Shown: positions 1 through 9,821, counted from the stretch's first letter. The stretch: DNA of 64,000 bases from Candidatus Peribacteria bacterium (GCA_016866875.1 VGKY01000002.1:31688-95687), one strand, 5' to 3'. Translations and numbers: made by a program. Notes: a model not told the origin generated them from the letters alone.

Positions 1-91
1 TCGAGCACCCCCCAGGCAGCGATCTCCTCGACGTACGTGATATTGGCCGAATCAAGAAACAGTTTCACGAACTACAGTATACTGCATTCCT

Positions 92-889
92 ATGAAATTG
101 GCCACCGCAACCATGCTGCTTGGTGCCGCGCTAGCCACCGCTTGCGGCGAGAGAAGCGAGCCTGCTTTGAAAGGGCGCTGGCAGCAGCTCTCCTCGGCTT
201 TGCCTGCTTCCGCTCCGAGTACCCCACGTCGATCACCCGCCAGCACGCCACAGATGGGTGAAACCCCGCCGGCTACCCTTCCCCGCAACGAAAGTAGCAG
301 AGCTGCCCCCACGACGCTCCCGAGCACGCTCCTCCTCCCCGTCCCATTCATCGTGCAGGCTCCCCACGCCGATTGGGACGCACTCCACCAGGAGGCATGC
401 GAGGAAGCCTCCCTCCTCATGGTGCACCATGCCCTTCAGGGACATACCGCAGCCGTTGCTGCCTCTGATGCCGAGCGCGACCTGCAGGCACTCGTTGCCT
501 GGCAGCAACGCAATGGATTTTTTGACGACGTCTCCATTGCGGAGCTCGCCACTATCGCGCAGAGGTACTACGGGCACAGTGCGCACATTGAGGACGATGT
601 GAGTATCGAGCGCATCAAGCAGATCCTCGCATCGGGAAGGCTGATCATCGTTCCTGCTGCGGGTAGAGACCTCGGCAATCCCTACTTCTCCGGCGAAGGA
701 CCTTGGTACCACATGCTCGTGATCCGTGGGTATGACCGCAACGAATTCATCGTCAACGACCCCGGTACACGCCGCGGAGAAGCCTTCAAGTACCCTTACG
801 ACACCCTGATCGACGCCATCCACGACTGGACGGGCGTGAAGGAGAATATCCGCAGTGGGGCAAAGAGGATGCTGATCCTTGAAAGGTAA
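92..889 (+). CDS. C39-family peptidase-like lipoprotein
   Basis: Lipobox-like LATAC, Pro/Ser linker, then VPFIVQAP..W..ACEEAS (Cys), HMLVIRGYD (His) and NDPG. Confidence 0.8.
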   Translation: MKLATATMLLGAALATACGERSEPALKGRWQQLSSALPASAPSTPRRSPASTPQMGETPPATLPRNESSRAAPTTLPSTLLLPVPFIVQAPHADWDALHQEACEEASLLMVHHALQGHTAAVAASDAERDLQALVAWQQRNGFFDDVSIAELATIAQRYYGHSAHIEDDVSIERIKQILASGRLIIVPAAGRDLGNPYFSGEGPWYHMLVIRGYDRNEFIVNDPGTRRGEAFKYPYDTLIDAIHDWTGVKENIRSGAKRMLILER

Positions 890-903
890 ATACTCGAAGA
901 TTG

Positions 904-1176
904 CTACCTCTCAAGAGAGCGAACGCCATTTTCCAGTAAACCCTCCAGTTCAAGAGAAGAAGCTGAAGAGCAGGGAATGTGAGATGGGCGTTCAGCACCC
1001 AATCCAAGAACACGACGTATGTCTCTTTCAGATGTTAAACCATCTAGGTGTACAGAAGATGCAGGTACTACATACCCTTTCTTTGGCATTCGTCGGGCCA
1101 GTTCTTTCTGCACCTGTTGGCGATGTTCATCGTTGTTGAACCCTTCAACCTGCGCAAGATCTAGTCTTCTGGACAT
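904..1176 (-). CDS. hypothetical protein
   Basis: 90-aa ATG ORF filling an AT-richer gap; no motif recognised. Confidence 0.4.
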   Translation of the reverse strand: MSRRLDLAQVEGFNNDEHRQQVQKELARRMPKKGYVVPASSVHLDGLTSERDIRRVLGLGAERPSHIPCSSASSLELEGLLENGVRSLER

Positions 1177-1329
1177 TATCGGGGGGGAAAAGTTGCGCGC
1201 ATTATTCTCCTCGCTCTACGGATGTCAAACGTATACGCTCTTTTCCAAGTTCAGAAGTACATAGGGTGGTAATTTTTGGCTTTCTAGAGCCATCGAGAAA
1301 GTACAACGATGTACCGCTACACCGTTGCG

Positions 1330-1662
1330 TCAGTATAGCCTTCCCCCGATGGGCACATCGCCAGTGGGTCGAATAAGAATGACACGACCCTGAGCATCAG
1401 GGACTCCAAGCGTCAGTACTTCAGAGAGAAAGGTCCCGATCTGCCGCGGGGGGAAATTCACAACGCCGAGCACAAGGCTCCCTACGAGATCCTCCATGCG
1501 GTAGTTTTCCGTAATCTGTACTGACGATCGCTTCGTACCGATCTTTGCACCAAAATCGATCATGAGTTTGTATGCAGGCTTATGCGCCTCGGGAAAAGCA
1601 TCGCAAGAGAGAACGCGACCCACGCGAATGTCCAGCTTCTGAAAATCCTCAATGGTTGCCAT
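1330..1662 (-). CDS. csaA: tRNA-binding protein / secretion chaperone CsaA
   Basis: DFQKLDIRVG, KPAYKLMIDFG, VVNFPPRQIG, SEVLTLG. Confidence 0.9.
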   Translation of the reverse strand: MATIEDFQKLDIRVGRVLSCDAFPEAHKPAYKLMIDFGAKIGTKRSSVQITENYRMEDLVGSLVLGVVNFPPRQIGTFLSEVLTLGVPDAQGRVILIRPTGDVPIGGRLY

Positions 1663-1671
1663 GCCAAAAAC

Positions 1672-1773
1672 TTACGCTCCCGTCATGATCATGAAGAGCG
1701 TCAGTACGACGATAGCCGAGATGTTTAAGCGCAAGAGAGACGCACACGAGAAACGTTTCCGAAGAGGATGCAT
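1672..1773 (-). CDS. possible 33-aa membrane peptide
   Basis: MHPLRKRFSCASLLRLNISAIVVLTLFMIMTGA; ends 9 nt before csaA; below the ORF-track cutoff. Confidence 0.25.
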   Translation of the reverse strand: MHPLRKRFSCASLLRLNISAIVVLTLFMIMTGA

Positions 1774-2037
1774 AGGGAGTGACGAAGCCGATAGAACAGT
1801 GACACCCTAAAAACCCCTTGCCGCCCGGTCAATGCAGTGAAGTCGACACGGTGAGTACACAAAGGAGTCATAACTAGATGTTTTGGCATATCCTTGAGCA
1901 GATTTCCGTTGACGTTCTTTAGTAGACAGGACGACTAGCCATGGTGGAAACGGCATACCAGACCACAGATGCGTGCCGATGTCTCCCGTGGCAAGCTCTT
2001 TCTCCGAAGGGACACTATCTCTACACTCACCGACGAC

Positions 2038-4416
2038 ATGTCCAAGCGACCCGATATCAACGCTCTGAGAAAAAGTGATTCTGTTCCAGCTTCGTGTCGC
2101 CGCATCCTTGAAAGTAGCAAGGCCCCCGAGCCAGTCTGGATTGGGTCGAAGGAGGCATCGGCGCTCAATGCAAAAGATCGTGCAGCGTACGAAGCTGCGT
2201 GGACGCTGATGCGCCACCTGTGCGTGCAAGCGCCGACGGCGCATGCCTCCGGACATCCGGGTGGCCCCCTTTCCGCATTCACGTTTGCGTACTTCCTGAG
2301 CAAGAGACGTGATCCATCCATCGATGAGCCACTGCGCTACAGCGCGGGGCACCTCTCGCTCCTCGCGTACGGTCTTCAGTGGATGTTTGGGAGAGAGGGC
2401 AACGACAAGCGGCTCGCATCGCCTCAAGCGATCATTGATACCTTCCGTACCCCTTCGGGACTTCCCGGGCATGTCGAGGCGGGCATCGGCGACATTCCCT
2501 TTGGCACGGGCCCACTCGGCAAAGGCGTCAGCAACGCTCTCGGCGTTGCCTTCGGCTACCAGTACCGATTACGCTCCAAGCTCCAAGCTCCAAGCTCCAA
2601 GCTTCCTATCGTTGATGTCGTTCTCGCCGACGGAGACAGTCAGGAAGGGCAGGTGATGGAGGCCTTTCGCCTGGCATCCCACCTCAGGGTCGACAATCTC
2701 GTCGTCCATGGCGATTGGAACGACGTGCAACTTTCGGGGCTTCCGAGCAAAACGGTTGCGAGCGACTTCGCGCGCATCGCCGAGGCATGCGGCTGGCAAG
2801 TGATCGAGGTGGAGAATGGCAACGACCCTTCGCAAGTCGTTGCCGCACACGATGCAGCGGATCGCTGCATCGGCAAGGGTGCCCCCATCTTCATCTGCTA
2901 CTACACGACCATGGGGCACGGCATAGCCATGATGGAAGAGGGCAGCAACACCGGGATGCGGAATTTTCACGGCACACCCCTATCGAAAGAAGATGCTGCA
3001 AAGGTACTTGAGGAACTCCCCGACCTGGATGCGGCTATCGCTACTTATGAACCGCTACGCAAAGAGCAGAAACAGAGGTACGGACGTAGACGATCGCAAG
3101 CAGCTTCCCTCAGGTGGGATGTCGTCGATCTGCAAAAGAAGGGATACGCCCGGACCATCACGAAGGAAAAAGGTGCAGCAAGAAAAGACCTCGGAGCTGT
3201 GCACCTACTGCAACTGATGAAGGCCGATCCACGGATCGTCGTCTTGCATGCGGACCTGGCGGGTTCTGGAGGATTCGACATCGTTGAGAAAGCACTGCCC
3301 GATCGCGTGATCAACGTGGGCGTTGCCGAGGGGAACATGGCGATGATGGCGGCGGGCATGCGCCAGGCAGGGCTGCTGCCCGTGACGTACACATTCGCCG
3401 CATTCGCAACCAATGAAGCCAGAGCATCGGCGAGGCTCATCGACATCAACTGCAGTCACACCCCGTGTGCAGTCCTTTACGACGCAACCCACACGGGCCT
3501 CTCCGTCGGTGAAGATGGTGAGACGCATCAGGAACGCCACTACCTCAATGTCCCCTTCGACCACACCCAGGTATGGAACCTCGCCGACAGCAACCAAGCT
3601 GCAGCTGCAGCGGAAAAGTCGATGGAGCTCATCGCCGAAGGCCATACGAGCGTTTTTGCATTTTCCCCACGCAGCGGTCACCCGCAGATCGTGAAGGCAG
3701 ACGGCAGCCCGTTATATGGCACGGACTACCAGTTTGACGGAAGAGCCGACATCGTCGCGGGCCATGGAGATCTTCGCGACAATGTCACGATCATCGCTAC
3801 AGGCATCACCGTGCATGCGGCAATTGCTGCTGCTAACCAGCTGTCATCACCTGTAGAGACGTCCCGTCGGGACGTCTCAACAACGCCACACGTGCGAGTC
3901 CTCAACGTCGCGAGCATCCGCCCGCTCGATGCTTCGGCAATCATCCAAGCGGCGCTCGAAACACGGCATCTGATCGTCGTGGAGGATCACTGCTCCGAGG
4001 GTGGCCTTGCAACCCAAGTCGCAGATCTTGTTGCAGACTTCGGTCTCCCCTGCACTCTCCGCAGGCTCGGCGTGAATCAGTACTACCCGTCAGCGACCGA
4101 CAAGGATCTCTTTCTCATGGCCGGGATCGATAGTGAAAGTATTGCAGAGGCCGTCGAGGACGAAGTCCGCAGAGAGGTGCGCAGCGGCGAAGAAGCGCTC
4201 GTGGTAGCTCTCTACGAGATGGCTCACGCAAGCAGCAAGAGCAGATTCCAAAAGGCCGCTCGGCCCTACATTGCTCGGATCATGGAAGACGATACGTATC
4301 TAAGTACCCTTCGAACCGCATGGGCAAAGGGCGCGCTCCTCGCAGAGAGACTCCCCAACAATGCTCGAATCATTGAGCGATTGGGGGGGTGCACGACGAA
4401 CGATTGGGTCTGGTGA
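2038..4416 (+). CDS. tkt: transketolase-like protein (fused N- and C-terminal domains)
   Basis: SGHPGG, SAGH, LPGH, TGPLGKG, ThDP motif ADGDSQEG...N, GEDGETHQ. ORF is open from 1969; ATG 2038 follows a TACACT box. Confidence 0.85.
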   Translation: MSKRPDINALRKSDSVPASCRRILESSKAPEPVWIGSKEASALNAKDRAAYEAAWTLMRHLCVQAPTAHASGHPGGPLSAFTFAYFLSKRRDPSIDEPLRYSAGHLSLLAYGLQWMFGREGNDKRLASPQAIIDTFRTPSGLPGHVEAGIGDIPFGTGPLGKGVSNALGVAFGYQYRLRSKLQAPSSKLPIVDVVLADGDSQEGQVMEAFRLASHLRVDNLVVHGDWNDVQLSGLPSKTVASDFARIAEACGWQVIEVENGNDPSQVVAAHDAADRCIGKGAPIFICYYTTMGHGIAMMEEGSNTGMRNFHGTPLSKEDAAKVLEELPDLDAAIATYEPLRKEQKQRYGRRRSQAASLRWDVVDLQKKGYARTITKEKGAARKDLGAVHLLQLMKADPRIVVLHADLAGSGGFDIVEKALPDRVINVGVAEGNMAMMAAGMRQAGLLPVTYTFAAFATNEARASARLIDINCSHTPCAVLYDATHTGLSVGEDGETHQERHYLNVPFDHTQVWNLADSNQAAAAAEKSMELIAEGHTSVFAFSPRSGHPQIVKADGSPLYGTDYQFDGRADIVAGHGDLRDNVTIIATGITVHAAIAAANQLSSPVETSRRDVSTTPHVRVLNVASIRPLDASAIIQAALETRHLIVVEDHCSEGGLATQVADLVADFGLPCTLRRLGVNQYYPSATDKDLFLMAGIDSESIAEAVEDEVRREVRSGEEALVVALYEMAHASSKSRFQKAARPYIARIMEDDTYLSTLRTAWAKGALLAERLPNNARIIERLGGCTTNDWVW
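3853..3881. repeat. GTAG-type REP palindrome inside tkt
   Basis: GTAGAGACGTCCC-GTC-GGGACGTCTCAAC, read in frame as VETSRRDVST. Confidence 0.7.
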
Positions 4417-4441
4417 AAGCCTTCTGCTATCCTCCGCGTAC

Positions 4442-4732
4442 GGAAGGGTGGCCGAGTGGTCTATGGCGCCCCGCACTTTTTGGTACGATTTCACGGGAGC
4501 GTGCCAGAGTAGCCTGCCACGAACCGGAGCGCAGCGACTGGTTCTTTGATCGAACAATGCCCAAAAATATTGTATAATCCGTACGGAAGCGTGCCAGAGT
4601 GGTCGATTGGGCCTGACTTGAAATCAGGTAGACCCGCAAGGGTCTCAGAGGTTCGAATCCTCTCGCTTCCGCCAAATAGTGCGGGGTAGGTCCGCAAGGG
4701 CCTCGGGGGTTCGAATCCCTCCCCTTCCGCCA
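4442..4732 (+). tRNA. interrupted (outer) tRNA-Ser-like gene; 5' half 4442-4477, 3' half 4678-4732; no anticodon loop
   Basis: Acceptor GGAAGGG/CCCTTCC-G-CCA, D arm GCC-GAGTGGTCTAT-GGC, anticodon stem CCCCG/CGGGG, long variable arm AGGTCC-GCAA-GGGCCT, T arm GGGGG-TTCGAAT-CCCTC. Confidence 0.8.
4585..4674 (+). tRNA. tRNA-Ser(TGA), nested in the outer tRNA
   Basis: GGAAGCG...CCTGA-CT-TGA-AA-TCAGG, long variable arm, GTTCGAATC, CGCTTCC-G-CCA; TATAAT at 4573-4578. Confidence 0.97.
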
Positions 4733-4843
4733 TTGGAGAAAGAATTCATGCATAAAGACACCATTCTTAGGGAAGTATTAATACAACATTCCTAGGATTT
4801 ATAAAGAAACAACAAAAGCAAATTTATGGTAAAATACTAGGAT

Positions 4844-7786
4844 TTGAGACAAAAAACGCCAATTTCGGCATTCTTCATCGTCGCTATCCTTCTGCAGCAC
4901 ATATCCGCATATGCGAGCAGCTGGAATCCGGGACTCCTCGTGAATACCGAAACCTTTCAGGTGATCGACGATGCCGACACAACATCGGATCTCTACGTTC
5001 GGTTTGGAGACACATTGAATAAACGTCTCACATTCGAGCGCACGCTCGATCGCTTCAATTTCAATGACGATGTCTACGTGTCTGGCGATCTGAATGTGAA
5101 GGGAACCGCATCAGGTAAGACAATCTTCGGTATGGAATCCGTACGGTCCTCAGGTTCCCTCGTCTGGGAAGGAGCTGCATCCGGTGCAAGCCTGTGGGTG
5201 TCGCAGTTCAGGGGAGCGGGACTCGTCACCTCCTGCAATGCCGACAACGAGACTCTCGCCTGGAATGCCACGACGCAGCGGTTTGAATGTGGGGATGACG
5301 ATGGTGGAGGAAGCTCCACCCTTCAGCAAGCGTATGACGCCGACGCAAACGGCAATGATGCAAAAATTGCCTTAACAAGCGACGATGACTCGCTCGTCTT
5401 TTACAATCCAGCATCTGGAGGCACAGATAGCGGCTTTGTGCTTACAGTTCGTCAGTTGGCGACGGCGGGATCGGGCATGTACGTCGATTCCAATGCAACA
5501 AACGGAGCTGTTCTTGCTCTGAACAATCGTCGCGATGGTGGACAACAGCGCTTGGCGCCGCACATTATGTTTGGATACAATGGCGCCTTCTCGACGCGTC
5601 TGTATCAATCAGGAAGTAACACGCTCGCAACGAATGCGCACATACTCCCCGAAACGAAAAATACCTACGACCTCGGTTCACAATCACTTCGATGGCGAAG
5701 CCTCTACCTCTCAGGGTCGAGCCTGCACATTGGTGCAACGGGCAATGAGGCAACCGTCGGGTACAACAGCGCACAGGACTTCTTCTACATTGACCCGGCG
5801 GGCAATGGCACGCCGAGCGTCAGCGTCAAAGATAATGGAAATATGGGTATTGGTACCATTGCTCCTGAAACAAAACTGGAGGTGGTGGGAACCGCATCGG
5901 GCCGCATCATCCACGCGAATGATAAGCTTACGAGTTCTGGAGGAGCCATCATCGATGGCGGAAGCCTGATCATTGGAGCGCGGCAAAACGCAACCGAGCA
6001 CACGTTCACATCGGGATGCAACTGTCTCGATAACCCCGCCGCGGGTACCTTTGGCAATGATGCAAGCCGTAATGGAGTCGTGTCATCGGTTGTGTACAAG
6101 GGCAAGCTCTTCGTTGCAACGAACGAAACAGATGCCGGCGGTGTGTACCGCTACGATGGCGGCACGACATGGACGCTCGTCACCTATGCCGTAGGAGAAG
6201 CGATCTCGACTGATTCGGCGAACATCGACTCGTACGTTCTCGCCGTATTCGATAACACCCTCTACATCGGAAGCCAGGGTACAGCTGACACTGCGGGTCT
6301 CTACTCCAGTACGACTGCGCATACAACCGCCAATTCCTTCACGCTCGTCAACTCCACACGCGGCAGTTTCGGTATGGGTGAAACGGGCATCGACGGTATC
6401 AGTAGCATGACCGTCTGGAACGGTAACCTCATTATCTCCACGCAGGAAGCCAACGACTGGGAACTCGGACGCTACGATGGTGGCACCACCTTCAGCCAAA
6501 TCAACACTACTGGTGGCAAGTTCGTCGCCGCAGATACAGCGGACATCGACGGCGCCGTTCTCGCAGTCTACGGCGGAAGACTCTTCATCGGCGCCGCCAC
6601 GGCCAGCACGACCGCGCGCGTCGGCGTCCATGACGGAGTAGGCACCACCATCACCGATCTCAATGCCACAAAAGGCACGTTCGGCGCCGATACATCTACC
6701 GTCAACGTGACATCCTTGGCCGTGCACAACGGGCAGCTCTACGTCGGAACGAGTAAGACGAATGCGGGCGCAGTGTACCGATGGCTCCCCGATTTCCTCT
6801 CGTCGAGCACCTCCGTAACCAACTTCGACCGGGTGAACTTCGGGCTGGGTGAGATGACCTCGGGAGAAACGGCAAACCTCATCGATTCGGTCATTCTCCG
6901 TGTATACAATGGCAGACTCTACGCAGGAACACAAACGGGAACCGATAACGCAGCAGCGATTTACGTGTACGACGACGTCCCAGATAGCTGGACGATGATA
7001 AACGGAACCAGAGGTACGTTCGGCACCAATACAGGCGTGAATGATGTAGTAAGCATGCAAGTGTTCAACGATGAACTCTACGTAGGAACGGAAGAGACCG
7101 ATGCCGGATCTGTCTACAGCTGGAATAAGAACGAAGAGAATTCCTACAGCCTCAAGTTTGAAAGCGAGAACAGTAACTTCGGCTCTATTTCATTTGTAGG
7201 CACCAATGCTCTCGACACGCATGACCGGCACGGAACCTTCCGCCTCTCGCATGGCGTCGCGCTCAATACTGGGGCTTTCGATTACGCCGAGGACTATCCG
7301 ACGAGCGATACGTCGCTCGAAGCCGGCGAGATCGTCGCAATCTCCGAAACTGGGGGGGGAGCCGTCATGCGTGCAAACTCCAATAACGACGCCGTTGGTG
7401 TCATCTCAGAAAACCCGGGCTTCCTTTTGCAGCCAACTGTGGAGCAGAGCGCAGTATCGCACTACGTTCCCGTTGCGCTGGTCGGCAGAGTGCCTGTAAA
7501 AGTGAGTGCCGAGAATGGACCCATCACTCCGGGAGATTCCCTCACGGTCTCTTCAAAGCCGGGAATCGCCATGAAGGCAAAGGCATCTGGTCGCATCATC
7601 GGTCGTGCGATGAGCTTCTTTGAGGGGCCAGGGGTAGGCAGCGTGCTTCTCTTCATCAACATCTCGCACCACGCTGCAGACGATGAGCTGGCATCGCTTT
7701 CTGCTTCAACGGTAGAAAAGCTCGAAGCCCAGGTCAGGCAATTGCAACGAAAGATCAATGGCCTGCAGCGCAAAGCAAGAGATTGA
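4844..7786 (+). CDS. secreted fibre-like adhesin with 7-blade beta-propeller and C-terminal DYAE (peptidase G2/intramolecular chaperone-like) domain
   Basis: Signal peptide; GNMGIGT..PETKLEV fibre motif; seven (L/M)xV(Y/F/H/W)NGxL(Y/F)xGT-like blades; FDYAEDY...VPVALVGRVPVKV..ENGPI.PGD; terminal coiled coil. Confidence 0.7.
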   Translation: MRQKTPISAFFIVAILLQHISAYASSWNPGLLVNTETFQVIDDADTTSDLYVRFGDTLNKRLTFERTLDRFNFNDDVYVSGDLNVKGTASGKTIFGMESVRSSGSLVWEGAASGASLWVSQFRGAGLVTSCNADNETLAWNATTQRFECGDDDGGGSSTLQQAYDADANGNDAKIALTSDDDSLVFYNPASGGTDSGFVLTVRQLATAGSGMYVDSNATNGAVLALNNRRDGGQQRLAPHIMFGYNGAFSTRLYQSGSNTLATNAHILPETKNTYDLGSQSLRWRSLYLSGSSLHIGATGNEATVGYNSAQDFFYIDPAGNGTPSVSVKDNGNMGIGTIAPETKLEVVGTASGRIIHANDKLTSSGGAIIDGGSLIIGARQNATEHTFTSGCNCLDNPAAGTFGNDASRNGVVSSVVYKGKLFVATNETDAGGVYRYDGGTTWTLVTYAVGEAISTDSANIDSYVLAVFDNTLYIGSQGTADTAGLYSSTTAHTTANSFTLVNSTRGSFGMGETGIDGISSMTVWNGNLIISTQEANDWELGRYDGGTTFSQINTTGGKFVAADTADIDGAVLAVYGGRLFIGAATASTTARVGVHDGVGTTITDLNATKGTFGADTSTVNVTSLAVHNGQLYVGTSKTNAGAVYRWLPDFLSSSTSVTNFDRVNFGLGEMTSGETANLIDSVILRVYNGRLYAGTQTGTDNAAAIYVYDDVPDSWTMINGTRGTFGTNTGVNDVVSMQVFNDELYVGTEETDAGSVYSWNKNEENSYSLKFESENSNFGSISFVGTNALDTHDRHGTFRLSHGVALNTGAFDYAEDYPTSDTSLEAGEIVAISETGGGAVMRANSNNDAVGVISENPGFLLQPTVEQSAVSHYVPVALVGRVPVKVSAENGPITPGDSLTVSSKPGIAMKAKASGRIIGRAMSFFEGPGVGSVLLFINISHHAADDELASLSASTVEKLEAQVRQLQRKINGLQRKARD

Positions 7787-7935
7787 GCTTGGGTATGGAT
7801 CCCGCTAGCAACATCTGCTCTGCCCCTCTAGGGGCATCATCAGCCTGATGACTCCTCGCTTATGCGTGGGATTCAAGTGTCCTCAAGCATGCTTGTACGA
7901 AGTGCGAGACACATGCATACCTGTACACTGCAGTT

Positions 7936-8484
7936 GTGCTGGAGACGGTACTAGCGGCGGTAGCCCTTGCCCTCCTTGAGTGGTGGGGATCCCCGTGGTC
8001 TGCGCCCGTCGCTCTCCTTCTGCTGATACTCTGCCTCCCAGGAATCTGGTACATGCGCGGTGCAGCCCCCTTTATCACAACCTCAAAGCGGACCATGCAA
8101 GCGATGCTGACGCTCGCAAACATCAAGCACGATGAGCGAGTGTACGACCTCGGCTGCGGCGATGGCAGACTGATCTTTGCAGCTGCCGCTCAGGGGGCAG
8201 ATGCCATCGGCTTCGAGATGTCCATGCCCGTATATCTCCTCGCAAAATCCTCTTCCCTGTTGCGGAGAAACACCTCGATCCGCTACGGCAACCTCTGGAG
8301 GCAGGACTATCGCGATGCCGACGTGATCTTCTGCTACTTCCTCAAAGATACCATGCAGGACTTTTACAAACGGATCTGGCCCACACTGAAGCCGGGGTGT
8401 CGCGTGGTATCGCATGCGTTCACCATCGACGGCAAGGAGGCAGCAGCGAGAGATGGGGATGCGGTGCTCTATGTGAAGGGGTAA
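7936..8484 (+). CDS. class I SAM-dependent methyltransferase with N-terminal TM
   Basis: APFITT, VYDLGCGDGR, ADVIFCY, LKPGCRVVSHAF. Confidence 0.85.
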   Translation: MLETVLAAVALALLEWWGSPWSAPVALLLLILCLPGIWYMRGAAPFITTSKRTMQAMLTLANIKHDERVYDLGCGDGRLIFAAAAQGADAIGFEMSMPVYLLAKSSSLLRRNTSIRYGNLWRQDYRDADVIFCYFLKDTMQDFYKRIWPTLKPGCRVVSHAFTIDGKEAAARDGDAVLYVKG

Positions 8485-8490
8485 CCTTAT

Positions 8491-8910
8491 CCAGCGTACG
8501 TTTCTACGTGCGCTTTATGTGAATGGATAGACCCTATCCAGCGCACGTTTCTACGTGCGCGTCCGCCGTACATCCATGGCATGTTTGTAGGTGTAACAAA
8601 TATTCCAGCGTACGTTTCTACGTGCGCGTCCCATCCATATATTGGGGGGTGTGTAAACACATCCACGTAACCCAACGTATGTTTCCCCGTGCGCGTCCCA
8701 TCCATAATGTTTGTGTTTGAACCCGTGTTCCAAAAATCCAGCGCACGTTTCTACGTGCGCGTCCCCCATACATCCATGGCACGTTTCTACGTGTAGCAAA
8801 TATTCCAGCGTACGTTTCTACGTGCGCTTTCATCCAAAATTAATTGCGCACGAAGAATCGTGCGCTGGGGGGCAAATAAAATCACACCCCACGCACGTTT
8901 GCACGCGCGT
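8491..8910. repeat. REP array upstream of RAYT
   Basis: CCAGCGYACG-TTTCTA-CGTGCGC at 8491, 8538, 8605, 8738 and 8805; degenerate copies at ~8672, 8779 and 8889; inverted copy at 8846-8868. Confidence 0.9.
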
Positions 8911-9025
8911 TCCATCCTCAAAAGGAACCGAAATCTTCGCTTTCCTACAAGGAAAATACTCACATCAAAACGCAACGTCATGCGATCTGCAATCCCAAGC
9001 AATCTCGATGCCGTAGCATCGCATA

Positions 9026-9475
9026 GTGACGCAAAGACATTGGATGCAACATAGTGCCTGCATGCTCATCACATCGGTGACACTTCATCGCGCACCGGTA
9101 TTTGCATGCGAAACGTATGCACGGGCAGCTGTAGAAGGAATGTATTTCGTCCAACAACGTTACCCATTCTTTCTGTATGCATTCGTGGTGATGCCCGACC
9201 ACTGCCATATGCTTTTGTCTGTGCCGGAAAGCGGATCCATCTCGCGCATCATGCACACGTACAAGCGACACGTTAGTTTTGCGTGCGCCAAAGGTCCGCT
9301 GTGGCAGAAGAGATTTCATTGCCGCCTGATTGAAGATACCGCTACGGCTGTGGAGTACATTCACCTCAATCCCGTGCGCGCAGGCCTATCAGAACATCCG
9401 GAAGACTATCGGTGGTCTTCCGCATCCGGGAAATGGGATATCACGTATGTCGATGGCATGGGATGCCACACATAG
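9026..9475 (+). mobile_element. rayT: REP-associated tyrosine transposase (RAYT / TnpA-REP, Y1 HUH family)
   Basis: AFVVMPDHCH (HUH), LWQKRF, EYIHLNPVRAGL (catalytic Tyr), PEDYRWSS; REP arrays on both sides. Confidence 0.92.
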
Positions 9476-9791
9476 CCACCGCACGCGTTGTGAAATGATC
9501 CATCGCACGCTTCTACGTGGGCGTTTAATTGCGCACCAAGAATGGTGTATTAAACGCACGAAGAATCGTGCGCTGGGGGGCGAAAAACACACCCCACGTA
9601 TGTTTCCCCGTGCCCGCCGCATCCATAATGTTTGTTACAAATCCAGCGTACGTTTCTACGTGCGCGTCCCATCCATATATTGGGGGGCGGGAAAACGCAT
9701 CCACGTAACCCAGCGTACGTTTCTACGTGCGCGTCCCACAATGTTTGAACCCGTGTTCCAAAAATCCAGCGCACGATTCTTCGTGCGCTGG
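9476..9791. repeat. REP array downstream of RAYT
   Basis: Same hairpin at 9643, 9710 and ~9766, an inverted copy at ~9553 and degenerate copies; block 9643-9775 resembles 8605-8747. Confidence 0.9.
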
Positions 9792-9821
9792 AGATGGACT
9801 ACGCAGTAGTCATGCGATCAC

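Noticed and set aside
4478..4677. Group I or BHB intron in the outer tRNA
   Set aside because: There is no recognisable group I core or bulge-helix-bulge, the insert is mostly another tRNA, and no excision restores a canonical anticodon loop.
4427..4753. Minus-strand ORFs over the tRNA-Ser locus
   Set aside because: They are antisense translations of tRNA sequence.
8487..9020. Short ORFs with repeated AHVETYAG / GRARRNVRW peptides
   Set aside because: They are translations of the REP array, not proteins.
8491..9791. CRISPR array
   Set aside because: Spacing is irregular, spacers resemble each other and are block-duplicated, some units are inverted, no cas genes are present, and a RAYT sits in the middle.
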